Positions 12,591 to 26,129 of a stretch of 64,000 nucleotides of DNA are shown here, in pieces. The DNA is from Octopus vulgaris (taxonomy: Eukaryota). Within the stretch, counting starts at the first letter, position 1. Every line of letters begins with the position of its first letter. The position numbers were made by a program, and so were the translations under genes. The notes below the pieces were generated by a model that was not told the DNA's origin, did not search any database, and was given only the letters and a program-made list of their open reading frames with translations. The stretch covers positions 91,016,001 through 91,080,000 of the forward strand of contig OX597820.1 of NCBI GenBank assembly GCA_951406725.2, written 5' to 3'.

Positions 12591-15500
12591 ATATATATGT
12601 ATATATATGTGTGTGTGTGGAGTAATTTAGGCGGTGAACAGGCAGAATCGTTACCGCGCTGGGATTAATGTTTAGCGGCATTTCGTCCACCTTTACGTTC
12701 AGAGTTCGAAATTTGTCGCTGTCGACTTTTCATCCTCTCGGGATCGACAAAAAAAACGTACCAGTCCAGAAATGGGGCTGGTGTAATCGACTCGCCCCCT
12801 CTTCCGAAAATGCTGGTTTTTGTGCCAAAATTTGAAATCAGTGTACATAGAAGTATTTAACGGGATTTATTTAAATGTTGTTATTATCACCGTAAAGAAT
12901 TCATTATTCAGATTATTTTTTGCAATGTCTTGATAGCGCGCGTAATCCTATATATCATAATACTTCTTTATTAATGTTGATATGTTGCCTCAAGGACGAT
13001 ATACTTCACATGACAAGTTCTCAAATTGTGTGCCCCGAAGGGTGTCTAAAAGCATCGCAGATAACTGAAAATATAATGTAAAGCCTTAGAAAACCTATAT
13101 TAATATTTGTGTGTATTAAAATTTTGAATAAACAAGATAAATTATTCGTATTTTCTTAAATTTTCAACTTTAATTTATAGATGTTTCTTTCACATAAAGT
13201 GCACCAATAATTTTGTATTTGATATGTACTGCACTAGAAAGTCAAAAAGAATAAGAACTACAGCTTTACATAGTGAAGTTTAGATCCATAACATACTGTA
13301 GCTTGCCGTTCTGGTGATCCCCTCCTCATAATCAGATTGAATCCTTTAATGTCTTAAGTGCTTTTACTTCACTTGAAATTGAATGAAACACCCGAATGCT
13401 TTGTTATTTTCATTAATTCCTAAGAATTAATGAATAGATCAGTTGAAAAATATCATTTCGTAATGTTTAAGTTTCTAAAAGTCTAATAATGAATTGTTAG
13501 TACACACTTTAATAAAGACATCATTAAATGTCATTATGCTGAATAATCATCTCAGCAATTAGAGTCGTGCATTCATTATAAATGCATTTTATAACATCTT
13601 ACATTGTATCATTTCCTTAAAACCTATAAAATTGATCTTTAATGAGAAACCTTCCATTAATTTGTTTTACCACATTTGAAATATTTTACTTCTTCTATTC
13701 AGATTAAATCGTATTTTTCCTATCCGATTCCATTTCACTCCTTTCATTTTGAATCTGTTGACATAGATTAACTGCATCTTTTCTTAATACAGATTTTCTA
13801 ATAATTATATTAAGAATTACTCATAGAATTACTTTTAGTTATTCAAAACCCTCAACAAATTCTATGTGAATGAAAATCCTACTTTAAATATTATAAGGTT
13901 GTACAGAAAAAATTTGAGTACAGAGTGTTGATAAAATTCTATTAAGAAATAAGTTATATTTAATCAAATTATATTTAATAAAATGTTAATTAATACAGCC
14001 TTATCATATTGTACTTAACTCACTTACGTATTCAAATGTAAATAATATCTCGCGATCCTGAGATAGGTGTTTCTCAGCTTCAGCAAGTGATCACATTGTT
14101 CATTTCTGACTCTTTCATGCATTTATTGCTTAGCTTCAACATTTCAATACTGTATATACTGTATTTCGTATTTTATAGTCACTTTCATATATATAATATT
14201 GACTGTTCTTTAAACGTTACACAAGCTAAATCTGTCAAAAACATTTATATATAACAACCTCCAATATGTATTCATGTCAACGGAACAATATATCTGGTAG
14301 AAGCAACAACCAATCATGTATCTGAAAAACTTATTGTTAATACAACCACAAAGACATAATGCTTAATTATGTTAGTAATGTAACGAGAATTTTATGTTAG
14401 ATAAATTGTATTTCTCTACAATACCTATGAGGTTGACAGAAGATATGAATAACAAGTGCAACTTTACATAACTTCAAACATTCTTGATTAGAAAATCAAG
14501 CAGCTTAGAAAAATAGTTAAAACAAAATGGCTTTTGATTATTCCTAGCTTCAGCAAAATATCAAAGTGAATTAGTAATCATTTATCGAACCGGTTCCGAT
14601 GTCCACAAAAATGCCATCTTCTCGTAAGCAATTACTAATATTGCACAGAATTTTTTTTCTTTCGTTTATTGAAACGGTTTCTTCACTTAATATATCACCT
14701 TCTCTGATATCTTCTTTTGAAAGTCACTTTAACGTGTTTTAAATTCGATTCGAGAATTTTTCAGTTATTCGTTAATCAAGCTTTCGCAATAAATACATTT
14801 TAGTGAATTATTTGCTATTGTTGTAGTTGTCAATGATCTTCCTTTCGCACTTCATGACTCTTGCATGGATGAATCGACGAGGAAACCTCTGAATAGTCGT
14901 TCAACATGCTAAAAATATCCAAGTAAATCTCCTTCTGATCACATCCTATTCTCTTTAAAAAATGTAAAACAGATTGAATCGTCTCCAGAAAGCTGCTCGA
15001 TCAGGGCTGACATGTGACTAAACAACAATAGTAGTATCTCTTGCCAAGAAGACAATTTTAGCTAAACGCAATAAGGCAATAGTATCTCCACAGTTTTACT
15101 ATCACTAAAAGCAGTCATCTGCGTTTATTTGTACTTTAGAACATTATATTAAAGATACATTCAGTGTTGCTGCTGTAAACAATTAAGATGGCTTGAAGCA
15201 TTCAACATACACACAACAAATAGGTTTCTTTTTCTATTTTGTGAATGTTCTAATAGGAAGACATACACACGAAAACCTTTTCCTCGCTTGTATTTAATTA
15301 TCCATTGCTTTTGTTAAAAATTTAACCGTAGTAAATACAATATATTTTAGTTTCTCTTTGTGATTTTATCTATCATCGCATTTCGAAATTAAAAAGAATT
15401 ACATATTGGATAGAAACATTAACCGTTAAAAGCACACCGACACTACTATAGTCGCTCATCTTTCATTATTATTATGTAATAATAATGATATTAATATTCA

Positions 15501-16179
15501 AGTAAACGTAACTTGTTTATGAATTTACCTATTTCTTTAATAAATGTCGTGTCTTTCTATTCTGTATAACACAATAAAACCGTTGATGATATTTTCCTGT
15601 AAAGTTCCTTGGTACACTCAATGATTAATTAGTGCTTTATCAAAATATTTGTGCTACAGCAATACAAGAATCGTTCCCCAAATCCTATATTTACCATCAG
15701 GAATAAGGAAAAATTTCCAGGAATACACTCTGCAAGAAAATCAAATACAATGGGTCAAATAATTTTAGTTATTTAATATCAGATTGAGCTTAGCTTTCTC
15801 TACTTTAGTCGCAAGACCTGAAATTTTGAGGGAAAAGGCTAGCTGATTTCATCGATCGGCTACGTAAGAATAAAGTCGACTGTGGTGAATTTTGAATTCA
15901 TTTAAGCTTAATATTAAATTCTGATCGCGAAAGACAAGGAAAACCACCACGAAAGTTTCGTTATATACTGAACTACAAAAGAAACGTTGCGTTGTAAAAG
16001 ATTGTTTCACACACAATATTGAAATTATATGGATTTTTATCACATTTCTACATAACTTGACATCAAGATGATGTCACTGATCCACAATACCACTCTCTTT
16101 TGAAAACACAAGGATTGCATGTAGGGTTCGAACTCACTCACTTTTCGTGAACAGAGTAATGCACGCGAACGCATCTTTA

Positions 16180-16485
16180 TGAAGAGCATGATGTACGTGC
16201 ACAACCTTAACTCATTATGCATGAAACGGCACACAAATTTACCAGCCTGTCATTTGCTTTCCGAACGCAGCAAGCATGCCAAGGCTGACACTAAATCAGA
16301 GGGAGTAAGCCATCGGATGTCTCAATCCTAGTCAACGCCCATGGATCATTACTAATGACTTGAATAGCAGGATTCGGACAACTGAGCGGCTGAGGGAAAA
16401 AGACAATGCCACAAACAGCACAGATGATCATCCACGCAGAGGCCGACTAGGGTTACAACAGCACGTCAAGATCACCACCTGAACC
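16180..16485 (+). mobile_element. Tc1-family transposase N-terminal fragment (pseudogene)
   Basis: From ATG 16276: MPRLTLNQRE*AIGCL...TNSTDDHPRRGR/RVTTARQDHHL, matching the Tc1 HTH and DRPRSGRPRVTT motif. Confidence 0.85.
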
Positions 16486-16556
16486 ACAGCTAACGTTTCT
16501 GCCAACTCACCACCTTACATCGTCTTATAATAATTCTGCTTCTCATTACGTTACTT
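16423..16556. repeat. 134-bp inverted repeat, left arm (partner 18876-19009)
   Basis: Reverse complement of 18876-19009 with about 6 mismatches by manual alignment. Confidence 0.92.
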
Positions 16557-16959
16557 AGCCCGTCGGCAACGCTTTTACGTGATTAAAGACAAATAGGGAG
16601 AAAGAAAAGAGGAAGAAAGGAAAAGTGGATAAGGTGAAGAGTGAGGTACAGAGGGAAAGAAAAAGAGGGAGAGAAAAAAGACGGAGAGAGAAGCGTCCAT
16701 GGTATGTAGTAGGGGCAACGTAATATTTATTATGTGGTTAAAAAAGTTAGTTGAAGGTAGTCATATAGACGAGAGTTCAGAACATAATTTTAGCAGAGGG
16801 GTGAGATGAATGAAAAGCAGAGAGATTAGCGAGAGAAGAAAGAGAGAGAGATGCATGATGGTGGTGGGTGTGGCGGCGATGGTGAGTGCACAGTGAAAAG
16901 TATTTTTTAACAATTAAACTAAATTTTTTATATTACCTATCACTTAACGCATGCGCATC

Positions 16960-17203
16960 CCAAACTTGCCATTCGCTTTAGAAAGAAACCAGTTGCCAGT
17001 TCACCTGTCAAGGGAAGACATTTGATAAAGTGGGGCTGTTTTTGTCTGAATCTGTATCTGACCATGGCCAGCTATATGTTGCATTCTCAAGGGCTCGCAA
17101 ATTTTCTGATGTGAGAGTTAAAGTCATCAACACTGACAAACAAGGGAAAAGAAGAGGGAGAACTTACACGAAGAGCATAGTCTGCAAAGAACTATTGGAT
17201 TGA
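16960..17203 (+). mobile_element. Helitron RepHel (PIF1-type helicase) C-terminal remnant
   Basis: PNLPFALERNQLPVHL/(deletion, frameshift)/QGKTFDKVGLFLSESVSDHGQLYVAFSRAR..TKSIVCKELLD*: helicase motifs V/VI and the typical Helitron C-terminus. Confidence 0.92.
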
Positions 17204-18836
17204 AAGGTGTACGCAAATTGAACTGTGTATTGGCTGTGACCCATCGCTTTTGCTTTTAAATTACCAACGGTACGGTTTTCAGAGTATGCCATGTTGCATT
17301 AAAATTTTACCCCAGTGAAATTTTGACCTCTATATTTTACAAATAAAATAATTCTTTTTACAATAAATTTTTTTGTTTTCTTCATATGAAATTGTGACCA
17401 CGTATATTTTAAAATATTTTTTTCTGTTTATGGAGAAAATAGAAAAGTATGAGTGAATATCTATTTTATGAGTGCTGTCTATTAAGTCTATAAAATTGTG
17501 CATAAAGTATATAAAATATATATATATAAGTGCATTAAGTAATCATCGTATTCCAATTTCCTTCACTTTTCAATGAATAGCAGATGAGCGACTATCTTTT
17601 GATGCAGACACAACACAGGCTATGCTTTCAAGGCTTTTAGATAAAGTTATCAGAAATAACCCAATAGGTTTAATATTAACTCTATGAAATATTCACAACT
17701 AGTCTATAATAATAAAAACTAGAGAATCTAGATAATCTCTATTCAAGAAAATATCTACAATATATAATTACTAATACAGACACAATCTTGACATTTATGG
17801 TTGAGGGTTCACTTGATGCTATTCCACTGCCAGACACAAGGCCTGAAACTTAAAGTGAGGGAAGTAACTGATGTCAATTTACAGCCCAAATATGTTTTAT
17901 ATTTTTACCAAGATTGATTCCCTGCCTGTCCACCATCCTGATATTTACCGTTTTGCAGCTTGGTAGTATTTTCTTTTAGCTACTTTAGAAACTCGACGTG
18001 TAGAGAGTTTTTTACCCCCAAGAATCATCATATTCTTTAATTTCGCTTGTGCTAAGCATACTGTTTCATCTGTTGAAAGGTTATATATTTTAGAATTCAT
18101 AAAAAAGCATTTGATATTACCATTTCAAATAATATTTATTTCATGATTATAACCAAAGAAAATCAAGAAAAGAATAATAATAATCCTGCTTGCAAAAGAA
18201 AGAGATGTTTTGCTATTTAGGTAAAAAAAATCGTGTACGTGTTCTTCAAAATAAGAAAGGTAAAAAAATCCACAGAAAGGCCAACTTTACAAAATATTTT
18301 TCCTGTGAGTTTTTTTTTTTATTCACTGATACATAGAGCATTTTTTTTTTTTTTTTGTCAAAATTTTCTAGAATGCTATGTTATCTACCGATTCTAATAC
18401 TGCTTATAATGATTATGATGTTACATGTCATATAGTTCCTTCGTGTTGTTTTCTAAAATGGCATAAAACTTAAAATTTAATGGAAAGCCAGTACTTGACA
18501 GCTATTTTATTTTATCAATTTCTAGCGTTGTTAAAGGTACAGTAGACCGTTACAAAATTTTAATATAGAATGTAAAAAGGTCTAACAAAATACTGCAAGA
18601 TATTTTTTCGGCACTCAACTATTTCTACTAGTTCACAGCCTTTATTTTGTATATTGTTTACAATGTACTGGTAGATTTAATCTGATGTAAGTGGTGTAAA
18701 AAGGTGGATTTGATCGAGGGGCAAATTTAAATTTAAAACCATAATTGAAGAGCATTGGCAATTTAAAATATCAGAGTCCGAGAAATTTAACAGTGGTCTA
18801 CGTCGATCAAAAGTATTTTAAAAAGTCACAAGTTTG

Positions 18837-18875
18837 GAGTCCGCTGCCCTAACCACTGGGCCATTGCGCCTCCAC
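18837..18875 (-). mobile_element. SINE family C head fragment
   Basis: Reverse complement of gtggaggcgcaatggcccagtggttagggcagcggactc (tRNA-like box A). Confidence 0.8.
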
Positions 18876-19009
18876 AAGTAATGTAATGAGAAGCAGAATG
18901 ATTATAAGACGATGTAAGGTGGTGAACTGGCAGAAACGTTAGCTGTGGTGCAGGTGGCGATCTTGACGTGCTGTTGTAACCCTAGTCGGCCTCTGCGTGG
19001 ATGATCATC
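18876..19009. repeat. 134-bp inverted repeat, right arm (partner 16423-16556)
   Basis: See left arm. Confidence 0.92.
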
Positions 19010-19349
19010 AATTCGTATGTTGATGTGAGTAGTGATGCTTAGAAAAGTTATTTTTTGAAAGAAACAATTTAGAGTTTTAGAATAGCTGTAAGCAAATTAA
19101 TTTCATGAAGGTACAAGAGAGAAAGAGACAGACAGACAGAGAGAGACAAATAGACAGACAGACAGAGTAGATAAGAAGGAAGAATAAGAGTAACAACATA
19201 AAAAGGATGTCGCAATAAGTCTAGACTGGTGAAACAAAAGGAAGTTCATGGAAAAGACAGTTATTTGTTATAACAAAGACTAATATCTAATTTTAATGGG
19301 GTGGTATTAAAACATTGCAGCGGATTAAGGAGAGTGCAATTGGTATGTG

Positions 19350-20300
19350 TATATATGAAGTTTATTTCGAAAATAATGTAGAAATGGGCATAATTCTTTA
19401 ATTGAATGTCATAGGTCATTCAAATCGCATATGTAGGTAGAATAAATTTTACTCTATAAAAAGATTCTTTTCTACATAGTTTCTTTCACATGTTATATGC
19501 TTTTGCTATGGTAGAACCCAACTATTAAACTTACTTTGTAAAATATTCAGATATGCACTATATTAACCACTTTATTACAGACAATTTCCCTTTGTATTTT
19601 CAAATCGTTGTTCCGAAAAGTGTTCTACATTAGACAGAACCATGCAGAAGTCAGAGAATCCCAGATGCGGAGTGTACGGTGCATATGGGAACACTGACAG
19701 GCTCATTACTTGATTTTTACCGAAGATGTGTTTGGCTGCACATAGTCATAGTGAATGAAGATCATTTCTAATCCGTCTTCGATCTCCTCTTCCTAATAGC
19801 TTCTCTAAGCAATTTTGGTGTCTTAGATTACTACTCACTGTTTACCGGCCTAGCGTGTTCCAGAGAATGAAAGAGAATACAATATTTTCATCCCAAAATA
19901 AGTCATCATCATTATCTGTACTTTCCATAGACTGTGCCTCCGTTTCTGAATCATTGAGATACAGCCAAATTCCACCCCATGCCACCAGATTACAAAAAAA
20001 GAATAGCTTTTCTTTGGCCTGGAACGCTTCCGGTAAATCAGAGCATCATTCCACCCACTTCTCCTTCAATCTAAGTGCAAAATGATAATGGAACTCTGCA
20101 CACACTTTCTGAAACTTAATATCTTCCACTAACTTTTGCAATATATTGTGACCACAGACTAGTAATACAGCGAACTCATGGATTGTCATTTTGTGTCTCA
20201 GCGGCGATTTGTGTCAATGATCGCATTTAATGACCTCCTACTACGTGTTTTGGTTTCGATGCCATTTTGACTTTCCTTTAAATGCTTTATCTCCCTGTAC
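19350..20300 (-). mobile_element. Highly degenerate mariner transposon
   Basis: 19647-19694 minus reads VFPYAPYTPHLGFSDF, like mariner LPHPPYSPDLAPSDF; an upstream VNSE-like segment; ends approximate. Confidence 0.6.
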
Positions 20301-20320
20301 ACATTGCTCTGTTATATATA

Positions 20321-20365
<45 letters not shown>

Positions 20366-20784
20366 AAGCAACCTGGGGTCTTCTGTAGACTTCGGAAAGC
20401 TTACACACCTACTTCGTCAAGAACTCACTGACGACAAGTTGCTTCTGCTTGAGACCCGTTATTCGCCAACAGCGAAAAACAGGAAGATTACTATAGAGAA
20501 CATGTTACTCTAGTAGTATGTCCATACAGGCGTATGACCTGCATCGGTCAACAAAAAACTTTGTCCAACTTTCTCATTACTACGTTCCAACCATTTATAT
20601 ATATATATTTATATTCCCTCAAATTATTATTATATATATATATATAATATATATATATATATATGTATGTATGTAAGTGTGTTTGCGTCTATCTAGCTTT
20701 CTTTCTATCTCACTCAGTATATATATATATATATATATATATATCGTTTGTGTGTATATGTGTATGCATTGTGTATGTAGAAAC

Positions 20785-21210
20785 TAAAAATTATAAACCT
20801 ACGAAAATTATGAAGCTACTTACCTTCCTGCTACACCCAAAGCAAAATTCTTTAACCAGTAAAGAACTGGATTACCTTACAAGCTTCAAATATAGAAGAA
20901 GCAATGCAATTTCTATGGACTACCTAAAATACATAACAAAATAATCAATGAAACAATGTAATGGAGCGCAAACCAATATTGTGATTATCCCACCACCATT
21001 CGATCTAAACCTTTGACCCATTGTTGCAGGTCCGTCGTGTGAAATATGTTGCTTAAATAATTTCCTAGACATTCTACTAAAGACTTCCTCAAGCACATAA
21101 AGAGCTTCATACGTAATGATTTGGATATCATCAACAATCTACCAAACACTATAAAATAAAACAACTATATTGTTACATTCGATGTCATGAAACTATAATA
21201 TATTGTCACA
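20785..21210 (+). mobile_element. Penelope-like element reverse transcriptase fragment
   Basis: LTSKELDYLTSF../FYGLPKIHN (20911)..DLNL*PIVAGPSCE..LNNFLDILLK/FLKHIKSFIRNDLD..IVTFDVMKL: PLE RT motifs YGLPKIHK, RPIV and SFDV. Confidence 0.9.
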
Positions 21211-24200
21211 TGTTCATGTCTGCAAGTAAGATCGTTCTAAACATTAGGATAAAATCTTTCTTCTGTTGTATGTGACTGGATCCATGGTGTGTTCCAACCA
21301 CAGACATCGCTAGCAGATTAATAGAGTGTAAGGACAAATTGAAATGACTAGCAATGAAATTGTTACAGCTGACAAAGAAATCTTTTTTATACATAAAAAA
21401 GCATTAGGGAATCTTATGCAGTGTAATATTATGATGTTGCGTTTGTTTAGCACTAGGTCAACCCTGAGTGATCATAGATATGACCAGATGCGTTATAGCC
21501 ATCACCATAGCATGGCTCAGAGTACATTATCTAATGGTTGTTTCCGGTTTTGTATGATTGGATATAAAATTATAGAGATTTTACTTCTATTTCTTAGCAG
21601 ATTGGGTGATTTCATAGAGGTTCCTTCGTTGGTTGGCTAATTGGCTGGCAGACTGGCTGGTTTGCTGGCTGGCTGACTGGTTGGTTGGTTCGTTCGTTCG
21701 TTCGTTAATTAGTTCATATACTATGCAGTATATGAGGTGATGGAGGAAGTGTTGAGCAACTAGGGTTGCTATTTCGCATTCTAATTCATGACGTAATAAT
21801 AGTAGTTTTGTGACTAGAGTTAGGGGTGACTTTGTAACAATATCTTTTTCAAAAATATAAAAGAAAGTTAAATTTTCGACAAGCGTGTGCCACCAAATAT
21901 TTATGTATAGATCTAGGTAACTATAGATATCTTCATTGCGTAGAGCAGTTTTGCAATTTATCAAAACTTTTAGCTCTTCTGTGTAGTAACTATTCATGGG
22001 CTATCACACTTTTATTACTCGATCGACATGGCTGCCATATACCCATTTATATTTCGCTAGAAAACTATTAATAATTCAAGTGTGTACCCAACAGTTCCAA
22101 GTTAAGTTTATCCACGTATCAAGACACTACGTCAATATTCCAGAATGCTTTTTGTTGTTGTTTTTATTATTTTTGCTATTTTTTTTATCGCACTTAAATC
22201 TCGCTGCCTTTGTGAGAGTCTTCCTACCTTGATCTTCTTTTCTCTAAAGGAATATATCCAAACCGGTTTCTATAACAACTGAAAGAAATATTAACCTCTT
22301 ATGTTGTTCTCTACTTGACAAGATATAGCGAAATCAAATACGGTATAAGCCACTTCTCTCGGAGAATATCTGTCAGAATAGCCGTCCTGATATCAATAAA
22401 TGAATAACGTCTCCATGAAAATAATAACAAATTACAGGATATAGACATGAACAAGCAATTCATTGCCGTTGCTAAAAGAAGTAATCCTTCAATAGAGAGA
22501 AAGAGACAGAGACAGTCATGAAGGTAGGGAGAAGAGACAGAGAAAGACAGGAAGTAAGAGACAGACAGAATCAGGCAATCAAATAAGAAGATATATTGAG
22601 GGAAACGAGGAAAGATAAAGTGGAAAATATTTCTGGAACAACATATGTCATTCATACGACAAGTTATTTTATAAATAGATATTTAACGATATGAACGTGG
22701 CTCAACTATTGTAATAAAGTACATTAATGAATTACATTCGCTTGACTCGATCAGTCGACTTAAATAGATACAATTCCGAAATTGGCATGCTTGATAGAAT
22801 GAAAATGGTTACATCGTGTCAAACTAACTTATATCGTTAGTGATTGACTCAATATTAATTGGCAACATTCCTATTTTGTTAAACTCAATGTCGCTTATAA
22901 ATTCAGACACCATTACAAAATATTAAATTATGTAAACTTTTCTCACTCAATGAACTACTGGTAAGATAAGTATAGAAAGTTTAAAATAAATGGAGTTCTG
23001 CATATGCCATAGATCTTAGTTATTCCACATATCGCTCTGAAACATTGCTGTTACGTTAACTTGCTTTAAAAAGAAATATATAATTGAAAATATTTCTAAT
23101 AATATATTTCTGTGTGCATGTGTGTGCATGCGTGTATATCGTTTTTGTTTCTTTTTCTTAAGCCTACGTACTAAAGACTAGCATTTAGATTAAAGCAAAA
23201 TTGGTATTTGTGTCTTTCATACATTTATCTACAGGCCATTGCTATACTTCTGGCAGGAATTGAGAAAGCCAATGAGTACATTAGACATAGCTTGCAACAA
23301 GTTAACATCTTGTACAAAATCTGTGATAGACATGCTATTACGATATATTTATAGTAGATGATGTAATAAAATATTGATAATCTCAAACAGAAATATTTAG
23401 CTATGACTACAAAATGCTGCTTCTTTCACAGTGTATCTGCACTGAGTGATTTTATTCATTAATTGCAGCCCTTTCATAAAATACTTGAAAATATAGCTGA
23501 AGTATATAAACATCATAAACTCTTTCTTTCACTTCTTAAAACATGACACTTCGTACCTTAGACAAGAAACATTTACTGTGAGAAAATACTTTTAATAAGA
23601 ATCCAGTGGCGTCAATCGTTGATATCACATGCCTCGTGATTTCTAATATGTGTCTCAAAAGTTTCCTGTTTCATTTAGCAGAGAGGTGCAGTTATATGGT
23701 ATGCTGTTTAATAAAGAAACCTTTGCCCATTTTGTGTAATTATGACTTCACTTTATCGAATAAGAAATATGCTACTACACAATAACACGATCCAAAATTC
23801 ATTTGAAGAGAATATCGCATATCTTTAAAAAATGCTACTCGTCATTATTATTATATATACAATGTTATTTAATCTTGGAGCAATGTATTTCCCTTGATAC
23901 ATTGTGCAATATCTAAACGGTTGTTAGATTTTATGAGAATTCACATTAACGTATCACAGAATTGCGTGTTAGTGCTCTTTCCTTTTTGATCATTGTATTC
24001 ATGCTAGCCACTGTAGCGCAAAATCCCATACAGTGACCTCATTAATAAACTCTTTAAACTTGTTTGAATTTCTTTTATAATGATTTGCTACAGATGCTAG
24101 ACTACAGATCGATATTATGCAGAATTTACGTGATATTAAATAAATCAGAAGACATTTACTGTAAATACTTACACTGACATCAGTATTAATGGACCTGGGG

Positions 24201-25119
24201 TCAAACAGGTCCGAGCAAGCCGGATAAGTTTCTACTGAGTAAGATATAAATGTTCTTTCTCAGCCATTTCTTTAAGACATTCTGCTATGTTTATGCACTA
24301 TCTCTCACCATCGCATTCGTTACAATATTACAACTACTTGTCGTCTTCCTTAAAGGAGAAAATGGCCAACAAAACACTTCATCTGTTTTTATAGATTTTT
24401 TTTTACTCTGTATCAAAGCAGTTCTTCCAGTATTATTTCTTCAAACTCTTGTCAGTGTACACTTGGTTGTTGTATTTGAAAAGGTTTTTCTTTTTCAATT
24501 TCATTAAAAGAACGGCAGAGAGAATTTTACAATGAGATAATAACCTTGTAATTTCCTGATGATAGGCAGCCGATAATGGAAACCAGGAAAAATTTCAAAC
24601 GAAAGAGAGTAAAACGAGGTGAAGAAAGAGAAAACGAAATAAAATACTTAAAAGTTACTATTTGGTTTCCTCTTTTAAATTAGCAGTTTGGTAACCATTC
24701 AATGCAAATGTGAATAAAACATGCCACTTCTTGAATCTCTATGTCAGTACCTCTCCACCTGGAGACACTGGTCTATCCAACAAGCACTGAAGAAGAATTT
24801 CTTGAGAAAAATAATTTTTTTGATTAGAGGAAGAATTGCAGGAAAATTTGATTTTATATAAAAATAACTAAATTCTTCCATTAAAATAATTTGTTGGATT
24901 TGTTGAAAAGCATTTGAGTAATTGTTAGTACCTTAAATTCCTATGGGGAGTCGTTCTCTTTTAATAATACATGCATTATATACCTTATGTATTTTATGTT
25001 TCTTTTCCTTTCCTTTTCGCTTTTCATTGATATAGTTCTTCCCACTCTACTTTGTTCTCTCTTCGTTATGTCCCTCTCTCATTGCAATTATGGAAAATAA
25101 AAAAGTTATTGAAGATTCA

Positions 25120-25500
25120 CGAGGTTAACTGAAAACTTGTGGTATTTGTTCTGAATCTTCACGCTTTGAGTTGAATTACCTGTCTTTCAGCATTTCAAGG
25201 TAGATAAAATAAATATCAGTTAAGCTCTGTATCGATGTAATCAACTTACCTCCTAAAATTTTACTAGCCTTGTGCCAAAAATTAAGATCAATTATAATTT
25301 ATTTCTACCATTTGGCGGTGAGACGGTAGAACCGTTAGCAAGTCGGGCAAAATACTTAGCGGCATTTTGTCTGCTTTTATGTTCTGAATTCAAATTCCGT
25401 CAGTCTTTTCGGTGACAATAAAATAGGTACCTGTTGAGCATTGGGGTCTCTGTAATCGACTAGGTCCCACCCCCAAAATTTCAGGTGTTCTTCCGATAAT
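25120..25500 (+). mobile_element. Two diverged SINE family B copies
   Basis: ggcggtgagacggtagaaccgttagc..gttctgaattcaaattccg at 25315; older copy upstream. Confidence 0.7.
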
Positions 25501-25569
25501 TTAAAGAATTATAAACAATATAACTACGGTTTCGATATGCACATTATTCGAGTCCCTTTTTTTTCTCTT

Positions 25570-25870
25570 TCTTCTTATGTTTAGTAGTTGAATCTTCTAT
25601 AGATTCGTTATACGCGTAAGTCCTGCAGTTTTTGTTATGCATTTTATTGCATCCTTTTAATGATTTCCCAGGTACGTATCATTATTATGAGATTCATTCC
25701 ATTTTCATTTCACTCATTCCGGTTATCTCCTATTTCTAATCGATTATTATATTTTAAACAGTTTCTCATCTACTTCTGGAGAAATATTGTCGATTCTAAG
25801 ACTTGCTTCCTCAATCAGGCACAATTTATTTTGCTGGTGATCTTTGACAATACTGTCTGGTTGATGTTAC
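25570..25870 (-). mobile_element. Very degenerate R4/Dong-type RLE fragment
   Basis: Minus reads HQPDSIVKDHQQNKLCLIE...DNIS..EKL.., similar to NRPDIVIKD..C.LIDV..D.NI..KE.EKL of the 6892-7533 type. Confidence 0.5.
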
Positions 25871-26129
25871 ATAATTACTCAGTTTGTGTGAACTGTTAGA
25901 TTTCAGAGCAGAATCACGTTCTCATATTGTATGATCTTTTCTAGTGTTTATTTTTATCTTTATTCTGTAGTCTTTTCATAATATCAGTGTAATTCCATGT
26001 ATATGACATCCCGCAACTCTGTCATATATATGCATGTTCATGTATGTGTGTTTGTGTGTGTGATTGCCTCTGTGTGTGTACATATGCATGTATGTATTTA
26101 TATATGTGTGTATGCATATGTATATGTAT

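Larger units (their letters stand above)
10588..12840 (+). mobile_element. Head-to-tail cluster of about 8 SINE family B copies
   Basis: Repeated gagctggcagaa..ttctgagttcaaattcc..gcctttcatcc..aagtaccag units starting near 10588, 10745, 10986, 11235, 11445, 11700, 12135 and 12630, several separated by (ATT)n. Confidence 0.85.

Noticed and set aside
20421-20464. CTGACGA..caag/cttg..GAGAC hammerhead-like string upstream of the Penelope RT fragment
   Set aside because: GAAA is altered and stems I and III are poor; possibly a decayed PLE ribozyme but not supportable
24250-24507. Hydrophobic 85-aa ORF resembling a membrane protein
   Set aside because: Hydrophobicity follows from T-rich composition; no recognisable family
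24552-24590. cctgatga...gaaaccagg resembling a hammerhead or C/D box
   Set aside because: Stem II does not close onto GAAA, and there is no cleavage triplet, stem I or box D
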